A DNA stretch of 64,000 bases from Hemiscyllium ocellatum (Eukaryota): the NCBI RefSeq assembly GCF_020745735.1, contig NW_026869159.1, positions 1 through 64,000 of the forward strand, given 5' to 3'. The notes below the pieces were generated by a model. It was not told where the DNA came from. It saw only the letters and a program-made list of their open reading frames with translations, and did no database searches. Of the stretch, positions 1 to 12,490 are shown piece by piece. The position numbers were made by a program, and so were the translations under genes. Numbering within the stretch: the first letter of the stretch is position 1; the number at the start of each line of letters is the position of its first letter.

Positions 1-689
1 TTGGCTCTCATTGGTCCGCTGCTGTCAATACAAGAGATTCAAACTTAATCAGTTTAGTAACCTGGGTACAGCTTAAATTAATTGGTTAAATATGTCTTAT
101 TGTCAAAACAACAACCAAAATTCAGCTATTCATTTAAGCCATTTGTTACATGTCGCCACTTTGGAACAGCCAGTAACTTCGCTGTTCTGTATTCCAGCAG
201 TTGTGGCTGTACTTCAAATTTACTTTAAAATTCAGAACGCACAATCTGTCTTCAAGTGAGCATACACTCCTTTGATTTTGTAACATGAAGAATTATCGGG
301 TGATAGTGCATGGACAATTTGAGCCGCATAAATTAGCTTTGTATCAGGATAACCTGTAACAAAAGTAAGAAGTGATGCAGATAGAGAAAAAGAGTCTTCA
401 GAGCAAGATTACCGGAAATCTGAGGAATAGTTTCCAATTGATGGAAGATATTGGGTGAAAGTTATCTTTGCTCTAATGACACTGAGATACTAACACTTAT
501 CAGCAAAGTGCAACCATCCGATAACCCAAGACAGCAGATCGCTGAAAGTAGGGTTTTAGAATGTGTGTCTTCTATGACAAAGTTGCTCCTTTGGCAAGAT
601 TATGCATTTTTTTTAGAGAGGTCGTAAATGAAACAAGCAGTTGAAATGGGTGATATGATAATTTCGTCCATAACACAATGTTTGGCTTC

Positions 690-1950
690 CATAATCAATT
701 TCAATCCGTGAGAGATGGAAATTTGAAAAAAGAGAATGCTTCACGTGGAAAGGGAAAGTAGATGTCGGTGAAGATCATAAGGAATAATTTATCCAACGGA
801 AAAGGAAACCATTGAAGCGGACGGAGAAGTTCAAAATATCCAGTATTTTCACTGCAAAGAAGTAGGCTACATGAAATCACAATGTTAGTGGTTGAGGAGT
901 AACACTGAGATGATGCGGGAAACAAAATAAGGCAGTGAATTTTGCTGTTGTGGTGACAGAAAGCACAATGGAGGCTAGAAAGCTGCACTAGAGTGTACAA
1001 GCCGGTCGGAGTTTGGTTACAGCGTAAATTCCAGATCTTCTTCCACCTTATACTGTGAAGGTAAGGTTTATTCACATTGGCCACGAACAGCAGGTGAAGA
1101 GGTTACAATATTAAGTTACACAGGATCCTTTCAGTCTCTGATGCTGCCTGATGAGGAGATGATGCAAGATGATCAGAGGATTAGATAGAGTAGACAGTGA
1201 AATTTTTTTCCTAGAATGATGACGCAGCTTGTATGAGAGGGCATAACTACAAATTGAGGGGTGATAGATTTAAGACAGATGTCAGCGGCACGTTCCTTAC
1301 GTAGAGAGTGGTAAGGGCGTGGAATCTCCTTCCTGCTAATATAGTCAACTCAGCCACATTAGGGAGATTTAAACAATCCTTAGAAAAGCACATGGATGAT
1401 TTTGGGATAGTGTAGGGGACGAGCTGAGAACAGTTCACAGGTTGGCGCAACATCGAGGGGCAAGAGCCTGTTCTGCGCTGTATTGTTCTGTGTTTATATT
1501 CTATATGTACTTTTGAAGGACTGTTGTGAAATAAAGTACTAGTAACAGAATTAACGGCGAGACAAGAAGTGCTCAATTATGTAAAGTTAGTTTAGAGTGT
1601 CCAGTGAAGAATGGAGAATTCGTGGAAGGAGTACTGGGCAAACTCTCGTCTCCAGGAATACAGTTCGTTGCTCACAATAATGCATGTGTCGACTAGATTC
1701 CCAAGTGTGTTCCAGTATGCAATATCATATGTAAAAGTATTGGAAAGGAATTATTCAAATTTTTCACGGGTTACGGACTACCAACAGAAAAAAATCAGAT
1801 CACAGGATAACATCACATCAAAATTATGTAAGGAAGTTATGGACAATTTAGGAATAAAACATTTAAATCTACTGCGTAACATCCAGAATGCAGATAGTGC
1901 GAGAAGGGCAGCATCATGTATTACAGGCCATGTTGAGGGCTTATAATCAA
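690..1950 (+). mobile_element. Degenerate Gypsy-type LTR retrotransposon remnant (gag zinc knuckle, protease and integrase fragments), interrupted by a CR1 tail
   Basis: Around 840-890 translates as YFHCKEVGYMKSQC (decayed CCHC knuckle). Around 1100-1140 is a VTIL..TGSFQSLML protease-like motif. ORF 1611-1946 has integrase-core-like LLTIMHVSTRFP...TSKLCKEVMDNLGIK. Many stops and frameshifts. Confidence 0.7.
1160..1505 (+). mobile_element. CR1-type LINE 3' end fragment
   Basis: Typical CR1 ORF2 C-terminus and 3'UTR (gggcataactacaaattgagggg...gagagtggtaagggcgtggaat...) ending in a short ttctat-like tail. Confidence 0.75.
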
Positions 1951-2054
1951 GAGTATCTCGATGATTGGGATAAACAAAATTCCGTTTGTGCATTTTGCGA
2001 TCAGAGATGCACGGGTTGCATCCTCAAAATTCAGTCCACTTGAATTAAATTTTG

Positions 2055-4880
2055 GCAATGAAGTAAGAGTACAGTTTCTGCATTCGAGTGGCGCTGGAAA
2101 AGCACAGCATTTCAGGCAACATCCGAGGAGCAGGAAAATCGACGTTTCGGGCAAAACTACTTCATCAGGAATACAGGCAGAGTGCCTGAAGGGTGGAGAG
2201 ATAAATGAGAGGAGGGTGGGGGTGGGAAGAAAATAGCATAGAGTACAGTGGGTGAGTGGGGGTGGGGGTGAAGGTGTTAGGTCAGGAGGAGGGTGGGGAA
2301 GGTAGCAAAGAGTACAATGGCTGGATGGGGGTGGATGAAGGTGATAGATCAGAGAGGAGGGTGGAGTGGATAGGGGAAAAGAAGATAGGCAGGTAGGACA
2401 AGTCATGAGGACAGTGCTGAGCAGGAAGTTGGAACTGGGGTGAAGTGGAGGAAGGGGAAATGAGGAAACTGGTGAAGTCCACATTGAGTCCCTGGGGTTG
2501 GAGTGTTCCGAGGCAGAAGGTGAGGCGTTCTTCCTCCAGGCGTCGGGTGGTGAGAGAGCAGCGGTGAAGGAGGCCCAGGACCTCCATGTCCTTGGCAGAG
2601 TGGAAGGGGGAGTTGAAATGTTGGACCACAGGGCGGTGTGGTTGATTGGTGCGGTTGTTCCAGAGGTGTTCCCTAAAGCACTGTGCTAGGAGGCGTCCAA
2701 TCTCCCCAATGTAGATGAGACCGCATCAGGAGCAATGAAACAGTAAATGATATTGGTGGATGTGCAAGTAAAACTTTGATGGATGCGGAAGGCTCCTTTC
2801 GTGCCTTGGATGGAGGTGAGGGAGGAGGTGTGGGAGCAGGTTTTGCTATTTCTACGGTGGCAGGGGAAGGTGCCTTGTTGGGGGGCGTGGACCTGAACAG
2901 GTAGTCACGAAGGAACGGTCTTTGTGGAAGGTGTAAAGGGGTGGGGAGGGAAATATGTCCCTGGTGGTGGTGTCCGTTTGGTGGTGGTGGAAATGTCGGT
3001 GGATCATTTGGTTTATGAGATATTTGGTAGGATGGATGGTGAGCACCAGGGGGGTTCTATCCTTGTTATGGTTGGAGGGGTGGGGTCTGAGGGCGGAAGT
3101 GTAGGATGTGGACGAGATGCGTTGGAGGGCATCTTTAACCACGTGGGAAGGAAAATTGCGGTCTCTAAAGAAGGAGGCCATCTGGTGTGTTCTGTGGTGG
3201 AACTGTCCTCCTCGGAGCAGATAAGGCGGAGCCGGAGGAATTAGAAGTACGGGATGGTATTTTTGCAGGAGGTAGGGTGAGAAGAGGTATTACCTAGGTA
3301 GCTGTGGGAGTCGTGTTTGTAAAAGAATGTTGGTGCCAAGTCGGTCGTCATTAATAGAGATGAAGGGGTCTAGGAAGGGGAGGGAGGCGTCAGAGATGAT
3401 CCAGGAAAATTTAAGGTCAAGGTGGAATGTGTTGGTGAAGTTGTTGAATTGCTCAACCTTCTCGCAGGAGCACGAGGTGGTGCCAATGCAGTCATCAATG
3501 TAGCGGAGGAAGAGGTGGGGTGTGGTGCCGGTGTAATTACGGAAGATCAACTGTTCTGTGTAGCCAACAAAGAGACTGGCATAGCTGGGGTCCATACGGG
3601 TGGCCATGGCTACCCCTTTGGTCGGGAGGAAGTGGAAGGATTTGAAGGAGAAATTGTTAAGGGTGAGGACCAGTTCGGCCAAACGAATGAGAGTGTCGGT
3701 GGAGGGTACTGTTGGGGACGTCGGGAGAGGAAGGAGGGCTTGGACGCCCTGGTCATAGGCGGATGTAGGCGTAGAGGGATTGGATATCCACGGTGAAGAT
3801 GAGGCGTTATGGGTCGGGGAAACTGAAGTCATGGTGGAGGTGGAGGGCATGGGTGGTGTCTCGAACGTATGTGGGGGTTTCCTGGACTGGGGATATAGGA
3901 CAGTGTCGAGGTAGGTAGAGATGAATTTAGTGGGGCAGGAGCATGTTGAGACAATGTTTAGGCCAGGGTTGTCAGGCTTGTGGATTTTGGGAAGGAGGTA
4001 GAACCGGGCAGTGCGGGGTTCCCGACTATGAGGTTGGAAGCTATGGGTGGGAGATCTCCTGAAGTGATGAGGTTCTGTGTGGTCTGGGAGATGATGATTC
4101 ATTGATGGGGGCTGGGGTCATGATCGAGGGGGCGGTAGGAAGAGGTGTCCTCGAGTTGGTGTCTGTCTTCAGTGGTGTCGAGATCAGTGCACCAGACTAC
4201 CACTGCACCCCTTTATCTACTGGCTTGATGGTGAGGTCGAGATTGGAGCAGAGGGAGTGGAGGACAGTCCGTTGTGAGGGTGAGAGGTTGGAGTGGGAGT
4301 GGGGGTAGATAGGTTGAGACGGTTAATGTCCCGGCGGCAATTGGAAATGAAGAGGTCAAGGGCGGGTAATAGGCAAGCACGTGGTGTCCAGTTGGATGGA
4401 GTGTGTTGGAGGCGGGAGAAGGTGTCCTCGGAAGGTGGGTGGGAGAACTGATTGTAAAAGTAAGCTCGGAGGCAGAGGCGGCAGAAGAAATGTTTGACAT
4501 CATGGCGTGTATTAAATTTATTGATACGTGGGCAGAGGGGTTTGGAAGTGAATCCTTTGCTGAGGACTGATCTTTCGTCCTGAGTGAATGTGAGGTCTGG
4601 ACGGATGTTAGAACTCGGCAGGGCTGAGAGCTGGGATCTGGTGTCGATGTGGAGCTGGGAGTAGGGGCGGAGCCTGTAACTGGAGTGGGCGTGGTGTTAG
4701 AGGGAATTGGGTGGAGTCATGAGCAGGAGAGGTGTTCCCCATAGGGTCCTGGGGGTGGGGATGGTGACAGTGGGATCTGTGGAAGGCGTGTCAGCAGAAT
4801 GCAGGTGAGTGGCGTTGTTGGGGGCGGAAGTGATGGCAAACACAGCAGTGGGGAGCTGGAAGGCCATCAGATGTGATTAT
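2055..4880 (-). mobile_element. Penelope-like element (RT plus GIY-YIG endonuclease), near full length, frameshifted
   Basis: ORF 3290-4102 has FYLLPKIHK, GVAMATRM and LRYIDD RT motifs. Minus strand ~2750-2430 reads CGLIYIGEIGRLLAQCFREHL...RRLEEERLTFCLGTLQPQGLNVDF (GIY-YIG). Terminal repeat at 2055-2175. Confidence 0.88.
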
Positions 4881-5597
4881 CAAGATTGATAAACTTTCAG
4901 TCTACGCAGCTCCAAACTAGATTTCTGGGAAAGTCTGCTGGTCATTTATGAAAAGTAATTAATCCTGAATACATTCGTTGGGGCATTGCAATGTTATCCA
5001 GTTGAATTCAACCAGGAAGTGAGTCACGGGCGTTAGCAGCACCAAAACCAAGAGACGTTCTAACCTGAGTGAGGTCACAATGAACTTGATACCCTTAAAA
5101 GGTTGAGGTCATCTTGAGGCTGTCTCACTGCAGTTACTTAGGTCACTATGGACCTGTCCCCACGCAGTAAGTTCATAATGGGCTTGTACCTATGCAATGA
5201 GTGAGGTCGTAATGGAAAAATTTCTCTGTGACTCTGGTTTTAGACACTCTATTGTCTGGGTGAACTGAACATCTTGAAAAATAAGTTAAACAGTGTCTGT
5301 GTTCGCTCTTTTCTTCGCAACTCACTCTCTTTGCATTAAAGGTTTCTAACAGAAGTGTACTCCAAACGTTTTTGATTAAAGAAATAGTTTTCTTTTAATT
5401 GAAAGACTCTGTGTTAGTTATGTCCATGAAAGCACATTGTTCAACGTCTGACGTCGTGTTTGATATTATTAATGAGGTGAAATAGCCATATAATGGACCA
5501 CGAGGAAAATTATATACTCCACATGCTCGCTCACGTATAAACTCGCTTGAATGGATACTAGCAACTAATTCATATTTTATTCGTCTGTGCCCACTGT

Positions 5598-5906
5598 GGG
5601 GCTACGTGCAAATCGAGTCACAGAGCATCTGGAGACCATAGTCATGAAGAGCGTCTGTGAAGATGGATTGTGACTATAGAAACCTGGACACACCCTACAT
5701 GCAGTGGTATCTGCAGAAACTGGTACACATTCCTAAACTGATTTTTACCGAAGTAGTTACGTTTGACGATGAGGAATTGTCAGGACCACATGTAAGGCAA
5801 CTGTAGACATCTGTTGTGAGTACTGTTAACTCAATATAAGCAGTCTGAGTGCGAAATGTATAATGGTCTATTACAATACTAAAAGGCATGGAATCAGATA
5901 ACAGTG
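5598..5906 (+). pseudogene. TCR V pseudogene (plus strand)
   Basis: Frame-hopping translation NRVTEHLETIVMK / ASVKMDCDYRNLDTPYMQWYLQKLVHIPKLIF / LNISSLSAKCIMVYYN. Frameshifts and stops; acceptor decayed (ccactg); heptamer remnant aacagtg at 5900 with no nonamer. Confidence 0.7.
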
Positions 5907-6649
5907 AAAAGCTTGGAGAACTCAGTGAGTACTTCCAGCTTTATCCCACTCGTGCCTTATCTGATGGTGTACTTAGATCTCGCCTTCATAGAGAAGGAAA
6001 ACTAGTAGACTTACTTATTGTAAGATTACATAACGATCCTGTCCAAAAGACCTTTAGAATATGTTAAGCATTATCTCGATTTCACGATTTATATGATAAA
6101 TAGGTCAGATCGTAACAGGAATCCTGACATGGATACATAGATACTGTAATCCGTCAAATACTGAGCACTTACAACTGCAAATGAGGGACTGATATTCCAG
6201 TACAGTTACCTCACGTAATGTAGCAATACTAAGTCTGCACCACTCAGTTCTGTACCAAAACCGACGTTATCTAAGTTGATGTATGGATTTAACATATTAA
6301 TACGTCATCACAATAGACTCGTAATGTGACACGATTATGAGGAAACTTTTAGAGAACACGGTTTCTGCCTCAGACTTCAAGAGTTTTTTTTCAGTGCATG
6401 GCATGAAACAAGAGTGTAGCCATTTTTATTTCCTGTAGTGAAGTTAGACACAGTCCTCTAGCCTACAGCTAAGGGTACTATCTCTGAACCATAATAACCC
6501 ATAAAATATTTTGAAACCTGACACATATTAAATTGTAACCCAAGACAGGGACAGGTTTCACTTATTGGCAGATCGTGGCCTTATTTTCGTGCTTCATTTC
6601 CTTCCGTTGCCAGTATCCAGTCGACAAATGGACGAAACAGCAGCTTAGA

Positions 6650-6980
6650 ACTTAGAACATAGGAAACAATACAGCACAGAATAGGGACTTTGGCTCTCAG
6701 TGTTGTTTTATCCTACTTTACCCTACTCTATATGAAACTCACCCTCAAACTCTTTTTTTCCCCCCAAACATTCACGGTGGCTATCCAAGAGTCGTTTAAA
6801 TGTCCCCGATGTATCTGACTCTTGTGGCAATTATGGTAGTATATTCCACGCACCCAACACTCTCTGTGTAAAGAAACGACCTCTGAAATCTCCCCTAAAC
6901 CTTCATCCAAGCCACTTCATGATAGCCATTTCCGTCGTTGGAGAACGTCACTGGCTATCCACTCTATCTATGCCTCACAT
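6650..6980 (-). mobile_element. CR1 3' tail fragment, also present at the equivalent site of duplicate copy 2 (~13390-13750)
   Basis: (agaacat)-type tail followed by antisense CR1 3' sequence at the same flank (cagcttagaac) in both copies. Confidence 0.6.
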
Positions 6981-8019
6981 CACAGCTTGTTTTAAATTGT
7001 GAAATCACAAGGAATCTATGACACAGTGTACTAAGGACACAGAAGTTAAGTGACAATGCCTTATTCTAGACTGTAACCGATCGTAAGAGTATCTAAAATA
7101 AGACAATCTCTGTCCTGAAATGCATAGATATACTGTTTGTTACTGAACATTGGTCATGCTCATTGGGCTCTACAGCCACTGACGTCATTCTCGAAACAAC
7201 ATTATCATATACCCTGAGACCAGGTGAAACTTCAATGCAAGCTGCCCACATCGAGGTCAGGGATGCTACCAATGTGCAATAAGGACCCTAAATCTGAATC
7301 TTGCATTATCAGAATAAGAACATTTAGCTGCTTTGATGGAAGACTCAAAATGTAATTTCTGCAAATGCGTAACAATCTCCGACTCAGGACAATGCGAAAC
7401 TGCTGTACTGCCATCAGTCTGTGTCAAGTATATCTATAGCAAGAGTGAAATAGAATGCGTTTTACCATACACCATGAAGTACTGTCAGGATCCTCAATTC
7501 ATTTTCATTTCTACTGTTCATAGTAACACATATTCCCTATCAAACATGCAATGAAGGCATTGCATGTCAGTGAACCTCAGACACCGTCTGCTCCAAATTT
7601 TCAGACTAAATCCATTTCAAAGACAAACATCGTGGCTGCTAGGCATCAAGTGCCCGTTATGAAAGAACAATCTAAGCACTGCTTTGAAAAGGAAATATTG
7701 CAGATTTATGCCTTGCATGAATGAGGACAAGTGCAAAAATTCCAAAGTTCAATTGCAGTATCAATTTCAAATGCAGGTTATTACCGGTTTCAATTTCAAT
7801 TCATTTCTCGTCGTCCTACGTTGACGTGCTGAATTGCAGAATAGAGATGCAGTTCGTTGATTGGCTGACATGCAGAACAATGCATTTGTCAATTGATTGG
7901 GTGTTGTCTGGTGTCTCTGTCCCGAACAAAATATGAGCAGAGACACGGATATCAGGTACATCTTCAGATATTGACGAATAACCATTTCAGGAAGAACCAG
8001 TTTCTTTTGCTGGAGAACA

Positions 8020-8203
8020 GAGTTGAAAATTGTGCTGCTGGAAATACACAGCAGGCCAGGTAGCATCCGAGAAGCAGGAGAATCGATGTTTCGGGCATAA
8101 GCCCTTCTTCCTGAAGAAAGGCTTATGCGCGAAACGCCGATTCTCCTGCTCCTCGGATGCTGCCTGGCCTGCTGTGTATTTCCAGCACCATGTTTTTCAA
8201 CTC
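8020..8203. repeat. ~184-bp palindrome: two Penelope terminal-repeat copies joined tail to tail
   Basis: Left arm gagttgaaaa..ctggaaatacacagcaggccagg..cataagccc is the reverse complement of right arm ggcttatg..cctggcctgctgtgtatttccag..ttttcaactc. Same sequence family as 2070-2175. Confidence 0.9.
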
Positions 8204-9300
8204 CTTTAGGTAAATGAAAACATGCGTTCAGTGAAAGTTTGGAGAAACACGATTTAGTACGATCCTAACACACCGATTTGAATTCATTACTTTAATAGAC
8301 ACAGGACTCATTAATCTACTGATTATCCACAGATGCCCCTCTTCATTACAGCAGGTACCTGTGAGGATCCACTTCCGTTAGATTTCGCTGGATGTCAATT
8401 GATGGAATTTGAATTAATCATTTGATGCAGCAGTATATAGTGTGACAAAGATTGCATTTTTATTGCAAAATATATGCTTCTCGTGAAATCTGTAAACTGA
8501 TAGGACAAAACAGTTCGAATTGTAAGATACAGGATGTAATAAAATTAAAATTTTCAACACGCAGAATGTTTCACTCTTAGCACCCTCTTCAGAATTGCTT
8601 TTTCACAACTTTTGTTCTGTTTGCTGTCTATAGGTAGATGTCCAAAACAGCCCATTGTGGATTTCAAATGTGTATCTTCCATTCACTCAACATTTCCCAA
8701 TACTGTTGAATAAAAAGTATTAAACACATCGCCTGGGAGTGGATTTAAAAATGTAAGTTTGTGAGATGGCTGACTCTGTGGATTGTTCTGATGACTTTTT
8801 TCAAATCTGTGAAATGAGGAATGAGGTATTTATTTTATATATTTGCTACTCAGTCTGCAACTCATCAAAATGGCATGGCTCTATATCTGAACTACCATAC
8901 TGAAAAGCAAGTTTTATGTCATGAATAGGTCCCTCATGAAATTAATTTCTCTATCTATGGACAAAGGTCACTGACAGGAGGGATGAGAACGCAAGGTATT
9001 GAAAATGTTTGGTGGGAAACTAAATCAGAAACAGAGCTTCACTGATGGGTTTGTGCAGTTCATTCCTAGCACGTTTACATCGAAGCTAACATATTGATAT
9101 GGCTCTCAAAAGTAACTAACGTTTATTTATCGTGCACTTTTTTTCCTCGGTTAAAGATTCCCCCCCCCGCCCCCCCCCCCCACCCCCCACCCACCTCTCT
9201 GTGACTCTTCCTCTGGGGTTGAATGGTTCTTTCTGTTTCTCCATATGAAAGAACCTTTCGGTGAGCTCGAACTGTCATGTTCAGAGAGAGGCTTTGAAGG

Positions 9301-9790
9301 GGCTGTGTCATAACTCTCAATCATAGAAATCCATGTCTGAGTCTGAGTTGATGGCCTTGTTGATTGCTTACTCTGTATTCTTCGTGTATTTAGTAAATGT
9401 GAAAGAGAATCGTTTAGCAAAGTCAGGATTCCTCTTTGCAATCTCTGCTGCAAGTATATAACTTATGTATTATAGAGGATGCCCTGAGAACTGATTGTGC
9501 CAGTAGAGGTCGGGGCTGGATCACTTGACTTCAAACTGCACGTTACTGTGACATTGCCTCCCTGTTTAACCGCTGTTTCAGGGACTGACTGTTCCACATG
9601 TCTTGATGACTCCATTCTAAGACAAACGAAAAACAGTATTCAAAATTATGTTCATTACAATCATTCGTTTCCTACTAATAGCATGTGAGTTGGAAACATC
9701 TGTGTCAGGAGGAATTGAATGTTACTGGGAAGAAACATTTACTGAGAATTTAGAGAACGATGAGCATTGGTGCCAGAAGTTTCCTCGTGA
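9301..9790 (-). pseudogene. TCR V pseudogene, paralog of the intact V at 17304-17783
   Basis: Leader exon ~9742-9790 has ACG for ATG and an in-frame TAA. V exon from 9616 (EWSHQD/VEQSVPETAVKQGGNVTVTCSLKSSDP/DLYWHNQFSG...KRNPDFAKRFSFTFTK) has frameshifts and stops. Heptamer CACAGCC at 9301-9307. Confidence 0.88.
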
Positions 9791-11001
9791 TGAACTATGG
9801 GTTTGTAATTCTGCATTCTGGAATACCCTTTGTTTGAGATCCTGATCAAAACCGTTGTTGCAAAGAATAACAGTGATGTCTAGAGCAATATCTATGGTAT
9901 CACAGGGAAGGGAAGTCGTGTCAGAGCCAAGGGCATCAAAAGAAAGCTCAAGGCAGAACTGCAGCAGACTCGGCTCTGAGTGAACTCATTGATCCGTGTG
10001 AGAGCAGAAGGAATGCAACGCCGAACAACTGCAACTGGACATCTTGGATGTTGTGAAGTCGGTGACCACCCCACCACACATCAGGGCAGCACTGATGAAC
10101 AAATGGAGAAGGAGCGAATAACTGATCAAGGATTGCGTTACTACACAATACAAATGGAAGGTATTCCTACCATTGTGTCTGTGGCTGCTCTTTGAAAGAG
10201 AAAGTATAATTATTTTCACAGCCACAGCAATTGCCACATTCTGTACTTGTACAGGTTTTAATACTTTCTATGTGTGTTGAATGAAATCCCACTTACATTG
10301 GGAATTCTAGATTATAATAAGGCTTAAACTATAAAAGAAGCTGTGTTTCTCTTATTTGTCAACTCTCTTGATGGTGTTGCATATATCACTGATATCTAAA
10401 CAAGTGAAAACAATTTGGCATGATGGATCCAATCAACCAAGCTTTACAGCGCTCAGCAGCTCAGTAAAGTTTTAGTTAACCTTAATGTGGCATGAGGGCA
10501 ATAATATTGTCTTGACTAAAATTCGATTGAAATTCGAGTTTCGATTGAAAGGACAGGATCAAATGTTAATAGAATGCACAGACATAAATGTTCCCATTGG
10601 TGAACGCTTCAATGACCGCTGCATAAATTTAAAGTAAGAGGCATTATTAGAATCAGGGTAAGTGTGAAGAGCTTTTAGTCATCTGACGCATTTCCAAAAT
10701 CAGAAAGCCATTCTTTGAGGATGGTAGAGGCAAAACCCCTGTTAGCATTTGGCAATCCTTTCAACATGTACATGCGATGCCAAGTAATCCAAAGGAATTG
10801 GCCAATTTTTGGAAGATGAGATTGGAATAGTCAATTGCTGGTCAATGACCAGCGCAGATTTGATGGTCCACGGGATATTTTCATGTGCTGCAAGATTCTT
10901 TGCCTGTACTATTCTATGTCTCGTTCTGCACGCTTCGGTGTCTGAATGTCTGCTTTTTCATTCTCCTGTTTGTGCGTGTAAGTATGTATGTATATGTGTG
11001 T

Positions 11002-11003
<2 letters not shown>

Positions 11004-11042
<39 letters not shown>

Positions 11043-11061
11043 TGTGTGTGTGTTGTGTGTG
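11004..11061. repeat. (GT)n microsatellite
   Basis: Direct inspection. Confidence 0.95.
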
Positions 11062-12259
11062 TTTCTTTTTGTATTAATATCGGGTTTGGTACAAGTTCAA
11101 AAGATTGGAGATGATCTCAAGAGCATGGGTTGATCGTAATTAAGTTTCGGTTTTAGAAGAGACAGTGAGAGATATAATGACTGGAGGGATAATACTGACT
11201 TAATAAAGTCACAGTTCCTTTCCAGATTCAATTATCTTATATTTTGGGTGATACATTGTCACCCTTTGCTGGCGTATATTCGCTGCATCCTAGCACAGGT
11301 TGAAGCCGATATGCTACTCACGTTGTTTTGCACCTCCACGTTTTCCATGCTCTTGTTATTTTTCAACTCATGACAGTTTCCTTTGGCGATTTGACATAGA
11401 TTTTTTTTACCCTGACATTTCAGATTATCTGTTTCAGAAAGTTAAAACTGCCCTAAATAAAACTTATCTTTCACTGTAATAATCCTTGTTTAAAATATTT
11501 TAACAGTGGTTGGAAACGACCAAGTGCAATCGGTCAATCAAAACAGCACAATTTTGAACAGACAGAGACGTTCTCCAATCCACTTTGGTAAAGACAATAA
11601 CCTGATTTTCGCTTCCTTGCTAGGATTGAAGGCCTTAATGTCAGGTGCAATGCTAGTTTACATATTTTCTAAACAATATGTTCAGATGTCTGATTTAGCA
11701 TCTTTGAAACAGGTGTGTTTCCTAGATCAAAGATCCAGATACTACCACCGCAACGTTAGAGCTGTTATCATTTACTAATCAGCCTGCTTAGAGTGAGTAC
11801 TCACATCAGAAATTCAACACGCGCCTCATGTCATAATCGCATTTGCTCAAAACTCAGAAGTTCAACTTTGTTGTTCCTTTTTATTCGTGGAATGTTGGCA
11901 TCTCTAGCTAGAGCAGTATTTATTGCTCATGTATAATTGTCCAGAGGGGAGTTAAGAATCAAATTCCACCATGCTGGGATTCAAATCTGAGTCTGCAGCA
12001 CACTGTCTTGTTCTCTGGATTAACAGCCCAGCGATAATCCCACTCCATCATCTGATTCCTAGGATGGGAATGGAATGTTAATTCAGGAGCAATGATTAAA
12101 TAATATCAATGCTTGATGTCATGTTTGATAACATTACTGAGGTGAAATAGCCATATAAAGACAGCTCGAAAAATTAGGGTCTCCACATAAATTATCACAT
12201 ATAAACTCGTTTGTATGGTTATTGGTTAATATTTCATACTTTCTTCGTCTGTGTCCACA

Positions 12260-12490
12260 GGTGGCCTAACTGCAGGTCGAGTAACATGCAGTGGTATCTG
12301 TACTAACTGGTACAAAATCCAAAAATAATTATTAATAATGTGGTCACATTAGACGATAAAGAGGTTTGAGGACCATATATATGATTACTGCGACCACCTA
12401 TAATAAGTACAGTTATTTCAATGCAAGCAGTCTGAGAATGATTGTTATAGTGGGCTATCAGTGAATCATGAGGCACAGAATCAGGTAAAT
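12260..12490 (+). pseudogene. Internally deleted TCR V pseudogene, paralog of 5598-5906
   Basis: Acceptor ccacag|gtggcc, then a jump directly to atgcagtggtat (MQWY) with FR1/CDR1 deleted. Remainder is colinear with 5700-5900. Confidence 0.65.

Larger units (their letters stand above)
5440..10530. repeat. Segmental duplication, copy 1 (plus-strand pseudo-V and minus-strand V unit)
   Basis: Colinear similarity to 12105-18540, e.g. gaggtgaaatagccatata at 5475 and 12139, and caataatat...ct near 10500 and 18510. Substantially diverged (roughly 70-75% identity by eye). Confidence 0.9.

Noticed and set aside
2498-4308. Several plus-strand ORFs of 60-124 aa
   Set aside because: Antisense shadows of the Penelope element.
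7080-7450. Possible highly decayed minus-strand V (KCSYSDNA..., MSMTNVQ*QTVYLC), conserved in copy 2 at ~13850-14200
   Set aside because: Motifs are too weak and there is no recognisable RSS or leader; it needs a profile-HMM search.
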